Assembly (NCBI GenBank): GCA_030040595.1
Contig: JASHTL010000098.1
Span: forward strand, 1 to 33,488
Direction of reading: 5' to 3'
DNA from: Candidatus Micrarchaeota archaeon
GTDB taxonomy: Archaea; Micrarchaeota; Micrarchaeia; Micrarchaeales; CABMGC01
DNA length: 33,488 bases
Shown: positions 1 to 8,615 of the stretch, piece by piece
Numbering within the stretch: the first letter of the stretch is position 1
How the letters are laid out: each line of letters opens with the position of its first letter
Notes under the pieces: generated by a model
Told to the model about the DNA's origin: nothing
The model's database searches: none
What the model saw: the letters and a program-made list of their open reading frames with translations, nothing else
Translations under genes and position numbers: made by a program

Positions 1-30
1 GGCCACTGGTTCAACAGGCTCTATTCGGGT

Positions 31-1083
31 ATGAAGGGGAGCGATGAGATAAAGCTTGCAAAGATAGCAGGGGTCAGCGGAGTGGCCGGCAAGCTGGAGA
101 GGATGCGTGAGATGGGCCTGGACGAGAATGACTACTATACTATAGAAAACGGAAGCAGGATCCCGGAAAGCTTCTTCAGGGGCCTTGACATAGTGCACAT
201 ATCAGACCCAAACGAGTACCATGCGGAACAGACCATAGACTCGCTGAAGCACGGCAGTGTCACGGTCACGGAAAAGACATGGGGCATAAACAGGGAGGAA
301 TTCGAGAATGTAACAGGGTTCATATCAAGGAATAGGTTGGAGAACAAGGCGTACCTGCATCTGCATTACCTGCATAAGCAACTGACCATGGTCATTGACG
401 GCCTCCTCGAGAAATATACCGGGGAGTACGGCAAGGTCAAGGCCGTTTCCGAGAGCTTCTTCGAAGTCGAGAGCGAGGAGGACGCGAAGCGGGGCAAGTG
501 GCTCTTCTCGCACAAGAGCGGAGGCCTCTTCATGGACTGGATACACACGTTCGAGGTAGTGATAAACGGCGCGAAGGCGACAAAGGCGGATCTCTACGAC
601 ATGGAGCTCTTTGCAGTGAACAGGAGATATGTGGAGACGCACCCTACAGGCATAGAGGCGCGGGTCAGGCTGGCGGGAAAGCACTTCGCAAATGGCGCGA
701 CAGCAACAATGAGGATGGCAAAGGGCACTGCTTCAGGCATCAAGATGGCCAGGTTCTACTTCGACTCCGGCGCGCACCTGGACTTGGAGTACTTGGGGTC
801 TGAGGCTGAATTCGGCTCCCATAGAAGGGGAACGTGGACCCTCTACAGCGACGGCAAGGCGGTCGAGTCAGGAGAACCGAGTGGGCCGAATACGTCAGAG
901 ATATTCGTAACCGAGATACTTGAGATGTGCAAGGGCGGCAAGGCGCCGCTCTCCATAGCCCAGGCAAAGATGCTCTTTGAGCCGCAGTGGAAGTACCAGG
1001 AGATGTTTCCAGGCAAGGAGCTGCACGCCTCGCAGAAAGAGATTGACTCGTTCATAAGCGCGGGACTGAAGCTCGGCCAATGA
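31..1083 (+). CDS. hypothetical protein with no recognisable family; the frame is open from nt 1, so the gene may begin upstream of the window
   Basis: 350-codon ORF with the same codon bias as the identified housekeeping genes (AAG, GAG, AGG, ATA). There is no stop between nt 1 and the ATG at 31. The N-terminal KLAKIAGVSGVAGKLERMREMGL looks helix-hairpin-helix-like. No catalytic motif recognised. Confidence 0.7.
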   Translation: MKGSDEIKLAKIAGVSGVAGKLERMREMGLDENDYYTIENGSRIPESFFRGLDIVHISDPNEYHAEQTIDSLKHGSVTVTEKTWGINREEFENVTGFISRNRLENKAYLHLHYLHKQLTMVIDGLLEKYTGEYGKVKAVSESFFEVESEEDAKRGKWLFSHKSGGLFMDWIHTFEVVINGAKATKADLYDMELFAVNRRYVETHPTGIEARVRLAGKHFANGATATMRMAKGTASGIKMARFYFDSGAHLDLEYLGSEAEFGSHRRGTWTLYSDGKAVESGEPSGPNTSEIFVTEILEMCKGGKAPLSIAQAKMLFEPQWKYQEMFPGKELHASQKEIDSFISAGLKLGQ

Positions 1084-1138
1084 CGATCTACAGGTAGCTC
1101 TTTTAACCGTAGCGGTAACAGTAAGAGTTGGAGGTTTG

Positions 1139-1453
1139 ATGGCAGGGACTTTGAGGCTGAGGGGAAGTGTCCAAGATGTTGTGAACAACATAAACGGTCT
1201 TTTAGACGAACATAGGAAATCGACGGCCTTGCGGAGCGCCTATAGAAAGTCCATGAAACTCGGCGACGAGGCCATGGGAGATAGAAAGTGGCCCGATGCA
1301 ATATCGCATTATCGAAAGGCGCAGATGAATGCAGACAGGTTAAGCCCTTCAGACAGGCCCTCGTTCAGAGGGGTTGTTGCAATAATACGCTCAACACACA
1401 AGCTCAACAAGGCGCTCAGGCAGTCTGAAGAGGCAGGTACAGCCAATAGATAG
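1139..1453 (+). CDS. small hypothetical protein with one TPR-like helix pair
   Basis: GGAGG at 1130-1134 lies 4 nt upstream of the ATG at 1139 (the track start at 1136 is TTG). GDEAMGDRKWPDAISHYRKAQ resembles a single TPR motif. No other similarity recognised. Confidence 0.55.
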   Translation: MAGTLRLRGSVQDVVNNINGLLDEHRKSTALRSAYRKSMKLGDEAMGDRKWPDAISHYRKAQMNADRLSPSDRPSFRGVVAIIRSTHKLNKALRQSEEAGTANR

Positions 1454-1644
1454 ATTTAAATATCATTAGATGTACATAATAATTGTCTTGAGATCTACAC
1501 TCGCTTACAGTAAATCGATTGTAGAAATCATTTAAGGAAAGCCAAAGTAGGATTCTCAAGACCAACTAATCTTTATAATTTCAGAATACTGCAGCGAAAG
1601 CTAATCCTGAAACATTTCCTGCAGTCTTTTTCATAATCGATAAC

Positions 1645-2310
1645 ATGACAGTCTATAATAGTCCCAAGAGGACACGGAACGTAAGGGAGAAATGGGATAA
1701 GGTCTACAGCAAGCCAGAGAACAATGGCAGAGTGCTGGTAATGAGGATACCGCCTGATCCGATAGTAAGCACGGCGAAGACGCTCAAACGAGAGAGGCGC
1801 GGCAGTGAGCTGGCCTACCTTGACATAGGCTGCGGTCACGGGTTGTATGCAGTAAAGATGGCAGAGATGGGCTTCATGGTAGTGGGAATCGATGTCTCGG
1901 AAGTTGCAATACAGAGGGCAAGAGAGCTTGCCGGAGTTAGGAGGGACATAACTTTCATAGTAGGCAATCCGCTTAGAAGGAGGATTGACGGCACGTTTGA
2001 CCTTGTCGCATCCAATTTTGTACTTCAGCTTGTGAAAGAGGCGTACAAGCCAAGGTTCATAGAAAACATGATGGTGCATACCGCTCCTGGAGGCTATAAC
2101 GTGGTTGTATTCCACACCCAGCACCTTGCAAGGGCAAACTCAAAGAAGGAGTGGGGCGGCGTGATCGAGGGATTCCAGAGAGAACTCGATACTTTCTATA
2201 TGGCCAGGGGCTGGAGTGTAATAGCGAATGAGGAAGGATTCTCGGGAAGGAACTACAACGGCAAGCCGGTCCATTGGGGATACATAGTTGCAAAGAGGCC
2301 AACGGCCTAG
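1645..2310 (+). CDS. class I SAM-dependent methyltransferase, TehB-like small-molecule type
   Basis: Motif I is LDIGCGHGLYAVKMA and post-I is VVGIDVSEVAIQRA. Size (221 aa) and the C-terminal GWSVIANEE region resemble TehB-type enzymes. No DPPY/NPPY DNA-methyltransferase motif. TATA-like CTTTATAATT at 1571-1580. Confidence 0.85.
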   Translation: MTVYNSPKRTRNVREKWDKVYSKPENNGRVLVMRIPPDPIVSTAKTLKRERRGSELAYLDIGCGHGLYAVKMAEMGFMVVGIDVSEVAIQRARELAGVRRDITFIVGNPLRRRIDGTFDLVASNFVLQLVKEAYKPRFIENMMVHTAPGGYNVVVFHTQHLARANSKKEWGGVIEGFQRELDTFYMARGWSVIANEEGFSGRNYNGKPVHWGYIVAKRPTA

Positions 2311-2311
2311 G

Positions 2312-2560
2312 CTATTGGTCTCCGTCCTCGAAGACATCGAGGAGCTGGCCCTGCCCGAGTCCGGACGGGAACGGGTCTAGCTTTACGATTATGAACGGGT
2401 CGTCAGCGCCTTTAACTATGCCAGGCCAGATCTTCCCGCTTTTGTCCACGTACTGGGCCTTGTGCCCAATCAGCGTTGCCGGGTCAATGTTTCCAGATGG
2501 AGTGGCAAGCAGGTTCTCGTTGTCCAGTGAAGTGACTACTGCGGATATCATGAGAATCAT
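2312..2560 (-). CDS. small hypothetical protein, probably a beta-barrel; weak Gar1-like pattern
   Basis: 82-codon ORF with genome-typical codons. YVDKSGKIWPGIVKGADDPFIIVKL loosely resembles the Gar1 core (V.D....iG.V.DvfGp...Py..VK). This is too weak for a firm call. Confidence 0.5.
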   Translation of the reverse strand: MILMISAVVTSLDNENLLATPSGNIDPATLIGHKAQYVDKSGKIWPGIVKGADDPFIIVKLDPFPSGLGQGQLLDVFEDGDQ

Positions 2561-2766
2561 ATTCTTTTCTACCTACACAGTTATAATACAACTAGGACGT
2601 TGACACCGGTCAAACCATCCGGAAAGCCGTATATATGAGTCATTTCATAATATGTATTGTGAAGGCCTGTATGGGACTCTGATATCTTGTAAATCATCGA
2701 GGCGCCTTCCGGTTTCGGCCCGTCGCTGGAATTCCTTCCCACCTCCATACGGTTGTAGAAAATTTC

Positions 2767-3249
2767 TTAGTTTTCAGTGCCTCTGATCGCATTTTTATCT
2801 GCAGGTCCATTGGCTCCTTCTCGCAGCGCAGCCATTTCCATGCTATCTATTTTTAGGATCACCACTATGGAAGCCTCTACATCAGAGTAGTACCTAAGGG
2901 TCTTCAGGCGCTTGTCATTCCAGTCGTGAAGAAGAAGTGCGGCCCAAGGCTTGCCTTCCAGCCCATGATCAATGAGATAGCCCCATTCCCCTGGTTTAAG
3001 GTTTGCCCTGAAGGCAGCGTTTGCGCGAGCATCGCTCTTAATAGCCCTTGCCTCTTCTATTGTAAGCATCTCGCCCTTGAACTGGGAGAAGTCGATTGAG
3101 CCTGCCAGTGTAGGCCCTCGGTCGTTTGCAAACCTGTAAATCGCATATGCCTGGCCGTTTACCTCAAATGCTTGCGCGCCTATTGTCTTGGCCTTGTGGG
3201 CTTCAGCTACTCTTGCCATCTTTATCGGGTAATTGGTGCCTGGCCACAT
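2767..3249 (-). CDS. hypothetical protein
   Basis: 160-codon ORF with typical codon usage and no recognised motif. A TATA-like TTTTATATA abuts the first ATG, so the in-frame ATG at 3219 (MARVAEAHK...) is an alternative leaderless start. An AAGCTATAAAAA box on the minus strand at 3327-3338 is another candidate promoter. Confidence 0.7.
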   Translation of the reverse strand: MWPGTNYPIKMARVAEAHKAKTIGAQAFEVNGQAYAIYRFANDRGPTLAGSIDFSQFKGEMLTIEEARAIKSDARANAAFRANLKPGEWGYLIDHGLEGKPWAALLLHDWNDKRLKTLRYYSDVEASIVVILKIDSMEMAALREGANGPADKNAIRGTEN

Positions 3250-3377
3250 ATATAAAAGTTTGGTAGGACTTATGCGCGATCGGCGGGAAAACGTTGCATT
3301 CTTGCACGGGGTCCGCTGGAAGAGTGTTTTTATAGCTTATCATGCCATAATGTTATCAATTCTATTACCATGATTCT

Positions 3378-3572
3378 ATGCTATGCGAGAGATGCAGCCG
3401 TGAGGTATACAAGCACGAGGTCTGCAGGTACTGCAACAGGAAGATATGCTCTGACTGCGTCAAGAGCTCCAGGCGCGTGACAAAGACCACGCGCATAGTG
3501 ATATGCAAGGACTGCTGGTCGATGATGAAGAGGAGGAAGGCCTTCAAGGGCATGTCTGCGGAGCAGGCCTAA
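3378..3572 (+). CDS. small zinc-binding protein with four CxxC pairs
   Basis: 64 aa with C3xxC6, C16xxC19, C23xxC26 and C42xxC45, followed by a basic tail. This fits two Zn sites. The 3' end overlaps the ileS 3' end by 4 nt. Confidence 0.65.
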   Translation: MLCERCSREVYKHEVCRYCNRKICSDCVKSSRRVTKTTRIVICKDCWSMMKRRKAFKGMSAEQA

Positions 3573-6500
3573 ACCTTGCTCAGTGCTATCCTCGCAATCT
3601 CGCCGTCAAGGTCTATGTCCCTTATGTCCTCCTTGCCTTCGACCCCTTCCGCTATCTTTTTGGCGTTGACTCCTTTTGATATCCTTTCCATGTTGGCCTT
3701 TATTATTTCAGCAGAATCCGGAGGGCACTGGTAATAGAGCATGATCCTGTCGACTTTCCTGAGCTGCTGCGCCTTCCTTGCAAGCTGCACGCCCCTCTCG
3801 AACTCCCTCACTAGCGCCTCCTCCCTGAGCTCCTTGCTTATCTCCCTGTCCACATATGCCACGCCGAACTCGAACGAGACAGCATCCTCGTTCTGAAGCT
3901 TCTTTATCACCGTGAAGTGCTCGGATTTTATGTCCGCAGCGCCTTTCTGCGTATGAAGTGCGTAGTATCCGTGCTTGTCTATCTCCCTGATTATCTCATT
4001 TGCATCTGCAGTCTTCAATGCCTCTGCAACAGCTCCGGCCTTATCCTTGAAATCGGGCCCTATCTTTGCGAACGCGGGCTTTATCTCCATGTTGAATGAC
4101 TCAACCTGCCTGACATCCAGCTTCTTTACGTTTGTGTAGTCAGTAATCAGATATGAGAGCTTTGAGAGCGTATCATAGACGCTTTGGTCGGTGACCTCGA
4201 GAGTCGCCTTGGCGAGCGGCTGCCTCAGCTTCAGGTCCGCCTTCTCCCTGCTGAAGAGTATCGCAGTTATCGCGCTCGTGGCCACCTTAATTGAGCTTTC
4301 AAGATCCTTGTTGACAGCATCCTTGTAATGCTTTGGCCATCTCTCAAGGAAGATGCTCTTATTTGACGCGTATCTTTCAAGGTATACCGATTCGGTTACG
4401 AACGGAACTGCAATCGAAGCTATTATCAGGGTCTTGTATAGCACATAGTTGGCAACATCAATTATGGATTTTGCCTTTTTCTTGTCGCTGTACAGTATCC
4501 TCTTCTTCGCAAGCTTGAGGTAGAACCTGCTGAAGTCCTCAATGATGAAATCCTTAAGCGGCGATAGAGCCTTGTAGGAATCGTAATTGTCCAGGTTTGT
4601 CGTCATGGTATCGACAAGGGTCTCTATCCTGGAGAGTATCCACTGGTCGGTCTCGTCAAGGCTTTCTTTTCTGATGCGTTTCCTTAGTCTTGGCTTGTAT
4701 CCTATCGAATCCTGGTATTCCGACAACAGGTTCGAGACGTTGCGGAGTATAGTCACGATCTTCTCGTTTTCCTTTATCTCAGAATCGTTGAGACTTCTGT
4801 TGAGTATCGGATTATAATTGAGGCACCACATCCTGAACGCATCAGCGGTGAATATTCTTGTCATCTCAGAAAGGGGCCTGAAGTTTCCAAGGCTCTTGCT
4901 CATCTTCTTCCCGTCGGTGCCGAACAGTATCCCATGGACTGCGATATTGTCGAACGGCTTCCTGCCGTAAACCATGGTGCTCAGTTTTAGCTGGTACTGG
5001 AACCATCCGCGTATCTGCTCCACATATTCGACGATCAGCTCCGTGGACATGAATTTACCGAACTGCTCGGCGGTGACGCTCGCCCTGAACGCGGAGCTTG
5101 AGTCAAACCATACATCGAGTATGTCCTTTATCCGCTCCTTCTCTGAACCGCACTCGCACCTGAGCTTTATCCTGTCGATATAGGGCCTGTGGAGGTCGTT
5201 AAGGGAATCAACAGCGCCTTTGTCCGATGCAGATTCCTTCAGCTCCGCGACGGATCCGATAACGCTTGTCTTTCCGCAGTTGGCGCACCTCCAGATTGGC
5301 ATTGGTATGCCCCAGTACCTTTGCCTCGAAACGGTCCAGTCAGGCGAGTTGTTGAGCACGGCGTTCTGCCAGCCCTTTACCTCCTCAGGGTGCCACCTTG
5401 TCTTCTCGTTTTCCTTCAGCAATTTCTTCTTCATCTTCTGGACATTGAAGAACCACTGCGTTGTGGCCATGAATACGAGCTTCGATCCGCATCTCCAGCA
5501 ATGTGGATAGCTGTGCCTTATCCTGCCTTCCTTGAGCAGCGCGCCGGCCAGTTCAAGGTCTCTTGTCACCGCCTTGTTTGCATCGAATGGAATTTTTATT
5601 CCCTTGTACTCCCCTGCATCGTCATTGTAATGGGAGTCGGGGTTTATAGGAGAAAATACAGGCATCTTGTTCCTTACGCCCAGATTGTAGTCCTCTATTC
5701 CGTTTCCAGGTGCTGCATGGACAAGCCCAGTGCCTTCCTCCATTGAGACCATCTCCTCGGAGAAGAGGACCTTGTGGTATTTCCTGTACTCCTTCTGCTT
5801 CGGAACCTTCTCCTCAAGGGGATTTGTATAGAATATGCCGTCTAGTTCGCTGCCGTAGAACTCGCCGAGTATTGTGAAGTTCTCGTTGATCTGTTTCGAG
5901 AACGCATCTATCCTGTCCTTGGCCAGTATCAGCTCCCTGTCGCCCATCTTTATCCTGACGTAGAGGGCTTTGCTGCTCGCCACAACGAACATGTTTGAAG
6001 GAAGCGTCCACGGCGTTGTGGTCCATATTGCAAGGTAAGGGTTATTCCCAAGCTCCGTCTTTGCCTTTGACCTCTGCCTGTCGATCTTGAAAGCCACGAA
6101 GATTGACGGGTCGTCTTCGTCCCTGTATTCCACTTCCATGCTACCCTGCGACAGCGGCGTCTCGCAGTGGGGGCAGTATATGAGCGTCTTCTTGCCCTCG
6201 TAGAGGAAGCCTTTGTCTGATGCTGCCTTGAAGAGGCCCCATGCGGTCTCCATGTATTCGTTCTTGTAAGGAAGATAGGGATCCTTGAAATTCAGCGAGA
6301 TGCCGTATCTCTCGTAGTCAGCATCCATTCTCCCTACATACTTCTGCACGTAGTCCATGCATTCCTTGACGAATCGCTCCACGCCTATCCTCGTCTCAAT
6401 CTCTTTCTTCGAGGTTATGCCAAGCTCCTTCTCAACCTTGTTCTCGATAGGAAGACCGTGAACGTCGTAGCCTGCCCTGTCGATCACGTCATAGCCGCGG

Positions 6501-6715
6501 TATCTCTTGTACCTGACGAACAGGTCCTTAATCGATTTGACCCAGATCTGGCCGGGGTGCAAGTCGCCGGTGACATAAGGCGGGCCGTCAAGGAAATAGA
6601 ATGGCCTCTTGCCTCTGTTCTTCTCCCTTACAGCGTCTAGTATCCCCTCGCTCTTCCAGTATGCGATTACCTCTTCCTCGTCTTTCATATGCCCCTGCAT
6701 GCGAACACTAGACAC
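3569..6715 (-). CDS. ileS: isoleucyl-tRNA synthetase
   Basis: IleRS signature WTTTPWTLPSN, editing-domain GTGLVHAAPGNGIEDY and KMSKS motif (GKKMSKSLGN). The 1048 aa length is typical of archaeal IleRS. The true start may be the in-frame ATG at 6688 (MKDEEEVIAYW). Confidence 0.97.
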   Translation of the reverse strand: MSSVRMQGHMKDEEEVIAYWKSEGILDAVREKNRGKRPFYFLDGPPYVTGDLHPGQIWVKSIKDLFVRYKRYRGYDVIDRAGYDVHGLPIENKVEKELGITSKKEIETRIGVERFVKECMDYVQKYVGRMDADYERYGISLNFKDPYLPYKNEYMETAWGLFKAASDKGFLYEGKKTLIYCPHCETPLSQGSMEVEYRDEDDPSIFVAFKIDRQRSKAKTELGNNPYLAIWTTTPWTLPSNMFVVASSKALYVRIKMGDRELILAKDRIDAFSKQINENFTILGEFYGSELDGIFYTNPLEEKVPKQKEYRKYHKVLFSEEMVSMEEGTGLVHAAPGNGIEDYNLGVRNKMPVFSPINPDSHYNDDAGEYKGIKIPFDANKAVTRDLELAGALLKEGRIRHSYPHCWRCGSKLVFMATTQWFFNVQKMKKKLLKENEKTRWHPEEVKGWQNAVLNNSPDWTVSRQRYWGIPMPIWRCANCGKTSVIGSVAELKESASDKGAVDSLNDLHRPYIDRIKLRCECGSEKERIKDILDVWFDSSSAFRASVTAEQFGKFMSTELIVEYVEQIRGWFQYQLKLSTMVYGRKPFDNIAVHGILFGTDGKKMSKSLGNFRPLSEMTRIFTADAFRMWCLNYNPILNRSLNDSEIKENEKIVTILRNVSNLLSEYQDSIGYKPRLRKRIRKESLDETDQWILSRIETLVDTMTTNLDNYDSYKALSPLKDFIIEDFSRFYLKLAKKRILYSDKKKAKSIIDVANYVLYKTLIIASIAVPFVTESVYLERYASNKSIFLERWPKHYKDAVNKDLESSIKVATSAITAILFSREKADLKLRQPLAKATLEVTDQSVYDTLSKLSYLITDYTNVKKLDVRQVESFNMEIKPAFAKIGPDFKDKAGAVAEALKTADANEIIREIDKHGYYALHTQKGAADIKSEHFTVIKKLQNEDAVSFEFGVAYVDREISKELREEALVREFERGVQLARKAQQLRKVDRIMLYYQCPPDSAEIIKANMERISKGVNAKKIAEGVEGKEDIRDIDLDGEIARIALSKV

Positions 6716-6777
6716 TCAAGCACAAGCAGTAGTCTATTGCACATATACTATTAAATCTGTTGCAGATTGAATAGAGA

Positions 6778-7422
6778 GTGGATCGAATGCGAGCTGCTGA
6801 CGCGGTAACATACTTCAGGGTAGCTCTTGTAATTGTTGTTGTTTACCTAGTCATAGCCAGGGTAAATCCCATCCTGATAACGCTGCTAATAGCATTTGTC
6901 ATGGTACTTGATGCAGCAGATGGATACGCGGCAGTATGGGAGGGCAGCAATGGCAAGGTATCATTGCTCCAGTACATAAAGGCTTCAGCCGGAGATTCCA
7001 GGTACGCAAACAAGATAAAAGAGATAAAACTGAAACTTGCCAAGACAGCAAAGTACGGTCCCAGGATAGACGTAGCAGGAGACAGGGTAGTGGAGTATGC
7101 GCTCTGGATAGTATACACGTATGTGGCCGTAATACCGCTCTTTGTGCTTCTGGTCATAGTGATACGCCATTCATTCGTTGACGCATTTATGGCCTCTAAA
7201 GGCACGTCATCTAAGATGAAGACGCGGTTTGCGAAAGCAGTCTATTCATCTGCACTTGGCAGGGGCGGCATAAACGTGGTCAAGTTCGCCGCGTTCTCGT
7301 ACCTTGCATTCGTGTACATATGGGGATATCCTGCAGTGATAGGCTACGCGTTGGTCGCGGTGCTCGTTGCGTACATACTGCTCAGGGGAGCTGCAGAAGT
7401 ATATGAAGCGCTGCAGGAATGA
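6778..7422 (+). CDS. CDP-alcohol phosphatidyltransferase family membrane protein, divergent
   Basis: DAADGYAA (DxxDG) and GPRIDVAGD (GxxxDxxxD) are separated by a long insert. The protein has multiple hydrophobic helices. The track start at 6778 is GTG and an in-frame ATG follows at 6787. Confidence 0.75.
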   Translation: MDRMRAADAVTYFRVALVIVVVYLVIARVNPILITLLIAFVMVLDAADGYAAVWEGSNGKVSLLQYIKASAGDSRYANKIKEIKLKLAKTAKYGPRIDVAGDRVVEYALWIVYTYVAVIPLFVLLVIVIRHSFVDAFMASKGTSSKMKTRFAKAVYSSALGRGGINVVKFAAFSYLAFVYIWGYPAVIGYALVAVLVAYILLRGAAEVYEALQE

Positions 7423-7832
7423 TCATGTTCACATGGCTGCTGTACAGGACAGTGCGCTTCAGCAGTTCGTCAGTGGCAGTCCGGGGGAAGAAGATCAAGG
7501 TGCTTATAGCAGACACGTTTGCGAAGCAGATGGTGGGCCTCATGTACCGCGAATCGCTGAAGGGCGATGAGGGAATGCTCTTCGTCTTTGGCAGGGATTC
7601 AAAGTGGGGGATATGGATGGCCAACATGAAGTTCAGCATAGACATAGTCTGGATCGGCAAGGACCTCAGGATTGTCGGTATAAAGAAAGATGCGGCTCCG
7701 TGCGTTTCGATCTTCAATTGCCAGTCATACGTTCCAGCGGCCGACTCGCGTTATGTGCTTGAATTGCCTGCAGGATCGGCTTCGAGGCGAAAGCTTGCGA
7801 AGGGCGACAAGGTAACGTATCAGGCTAGATAA
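7419..7832 (+). CDS. DUF192 (COG1430-like) protein
   Basis: Pattern ADTFAKQMVGLMYRESLKGDEGMLFVF...WGIWMANMKFSIDIVWI...YVLELPAG...KGDKV matches the DUF192 consensus. The ATG overlaps the upstream stop (ATGA at 7419-7422). Confidence 0.75.
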   Translation: MIMFTWLLYRTVRFSSSSVAVRGKKIKVLIADTFAKQMVGLMYRESLKGDEGMLFVFGRDSKWGIWMANMKFSIDIVWIGKDLRIVGIKKDAAPCVSIFNCQSYVPAADSRYVLELPAGSASRRKLAKGDKVTYQAR

Positions 7833-8595
7833 GGTTTACCAGGAAGCCTATCAGGAAACCGGCGAATATGCCTATGTAGACAAGTTTCTGCTTCACGTGG
7901 TCTATGTCCTTCAACTGGTGCTTTATCATAGGCAATATCACATATAGTATTGCGCCTATTGCAAGACCGTCAAAAAAGACATTGAAGAGCGTGGAGCTGT
8001 AGTAGTATCCGAATACTCCACCTATGACTGTGGGAAGTCCGCCTACCAGGAAGAGCAGGAGCATTGTCCCAAGTTTCTTGTCATTGTTAAGGAATGGCGC
8101 GGCAATTGGAAAGCCTTCCGTGACATTTTGGAGCGTAAAGCCTACCAGTATGACTAGGGCTATGCCCGAGAATAGGCCGATGCTTACTGAGGTGGCCCCG
8201 AATACAAGGCCTTCGGTAAGATTCTGCAGGCCTATTCCTATCGCAATCATAAGGGACATCATTGCGGGAGAAAGCCCTTTCTTAGCCCTGTTTTCAAAAT
8301 AATAAAGCATGAAGAAACCTATCACCAAGGCTATGGCAAAGGCAATGCTCATGCCAGGTATCGCAAGGTAGCTGCCCGGGGAGCTGCTGCTGTACAGACT
8401 TGGAGCTGCATCAGAAAAGACATCGGCCATGAGGAAGATCAGTATGCCTATTGCCACTGCATTGAGCAGCCTTGTAGTATTCTCTCCGGTTTTTTTGCGC
8501 AGGACTATAGGAAGCGAGAGGTATATGGAGAAGCCCATAACGACTGAGAATATTACAGTTCCAATAAAGTTTCCCATGTCATCAATCGTTTGCAT
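7825..8595 (-). CDS. ZIP-family (GufA/ZupT-like) divalent metal transporter
   Basis: 256 aa and about 8 hydrophobic helices. Duplicated motif LQNLTEGL / LQNVTEGF sits where ZIP proteins carry (H/Q)(N/D)xPEG in TM4 and TM5. Confidence 0.75.
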   Translation of the reverse strand: MQTIDDMGNFIGTVIFSVVMGFSIYLSLPIVLRKKTGENTTRLLNAVAIGILIFLMADVFSDAAPSLYSSSSPGSYLAIPGMSIAFAIALVIGFFMLYYFENRAKKGLSPAMMSLMIAIGIGLQNLTEGLVFGATSVSIGLFSGIALVILVGFTLQNVTEGFPIAAPFLNNDKKLGTMLLLFLVGGLPTVIGGVFGYYYSSTLFNVFFDGLAIGAILYVILPMIKHQLKDIDHVKQKLVYIGIFAGFLIGFLVNLI

Positions 8596-8615
8596 TTATG
8601 GCGTTGAATGGCTAG

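Noticed and set aside
1573-2124. 183-codon ORF antisense to the methyltransferase gene
   Set aside because: The plus-strand frame contains clear SAM-binding motifs. The antisense product is Tyr/Cys/His-rich with no features.
2581-2748. 55-codon minus-strand ORF (MEVGRNSSDGPKPEGAS...) in the 206 nt gap between two hypothetical genes
   Set aside because: Below the size where I can distinguish it from chance. No RBS or TATA context and no motif. Worth rechecking only if RNA-seq or ribosome profiling shows a signal.
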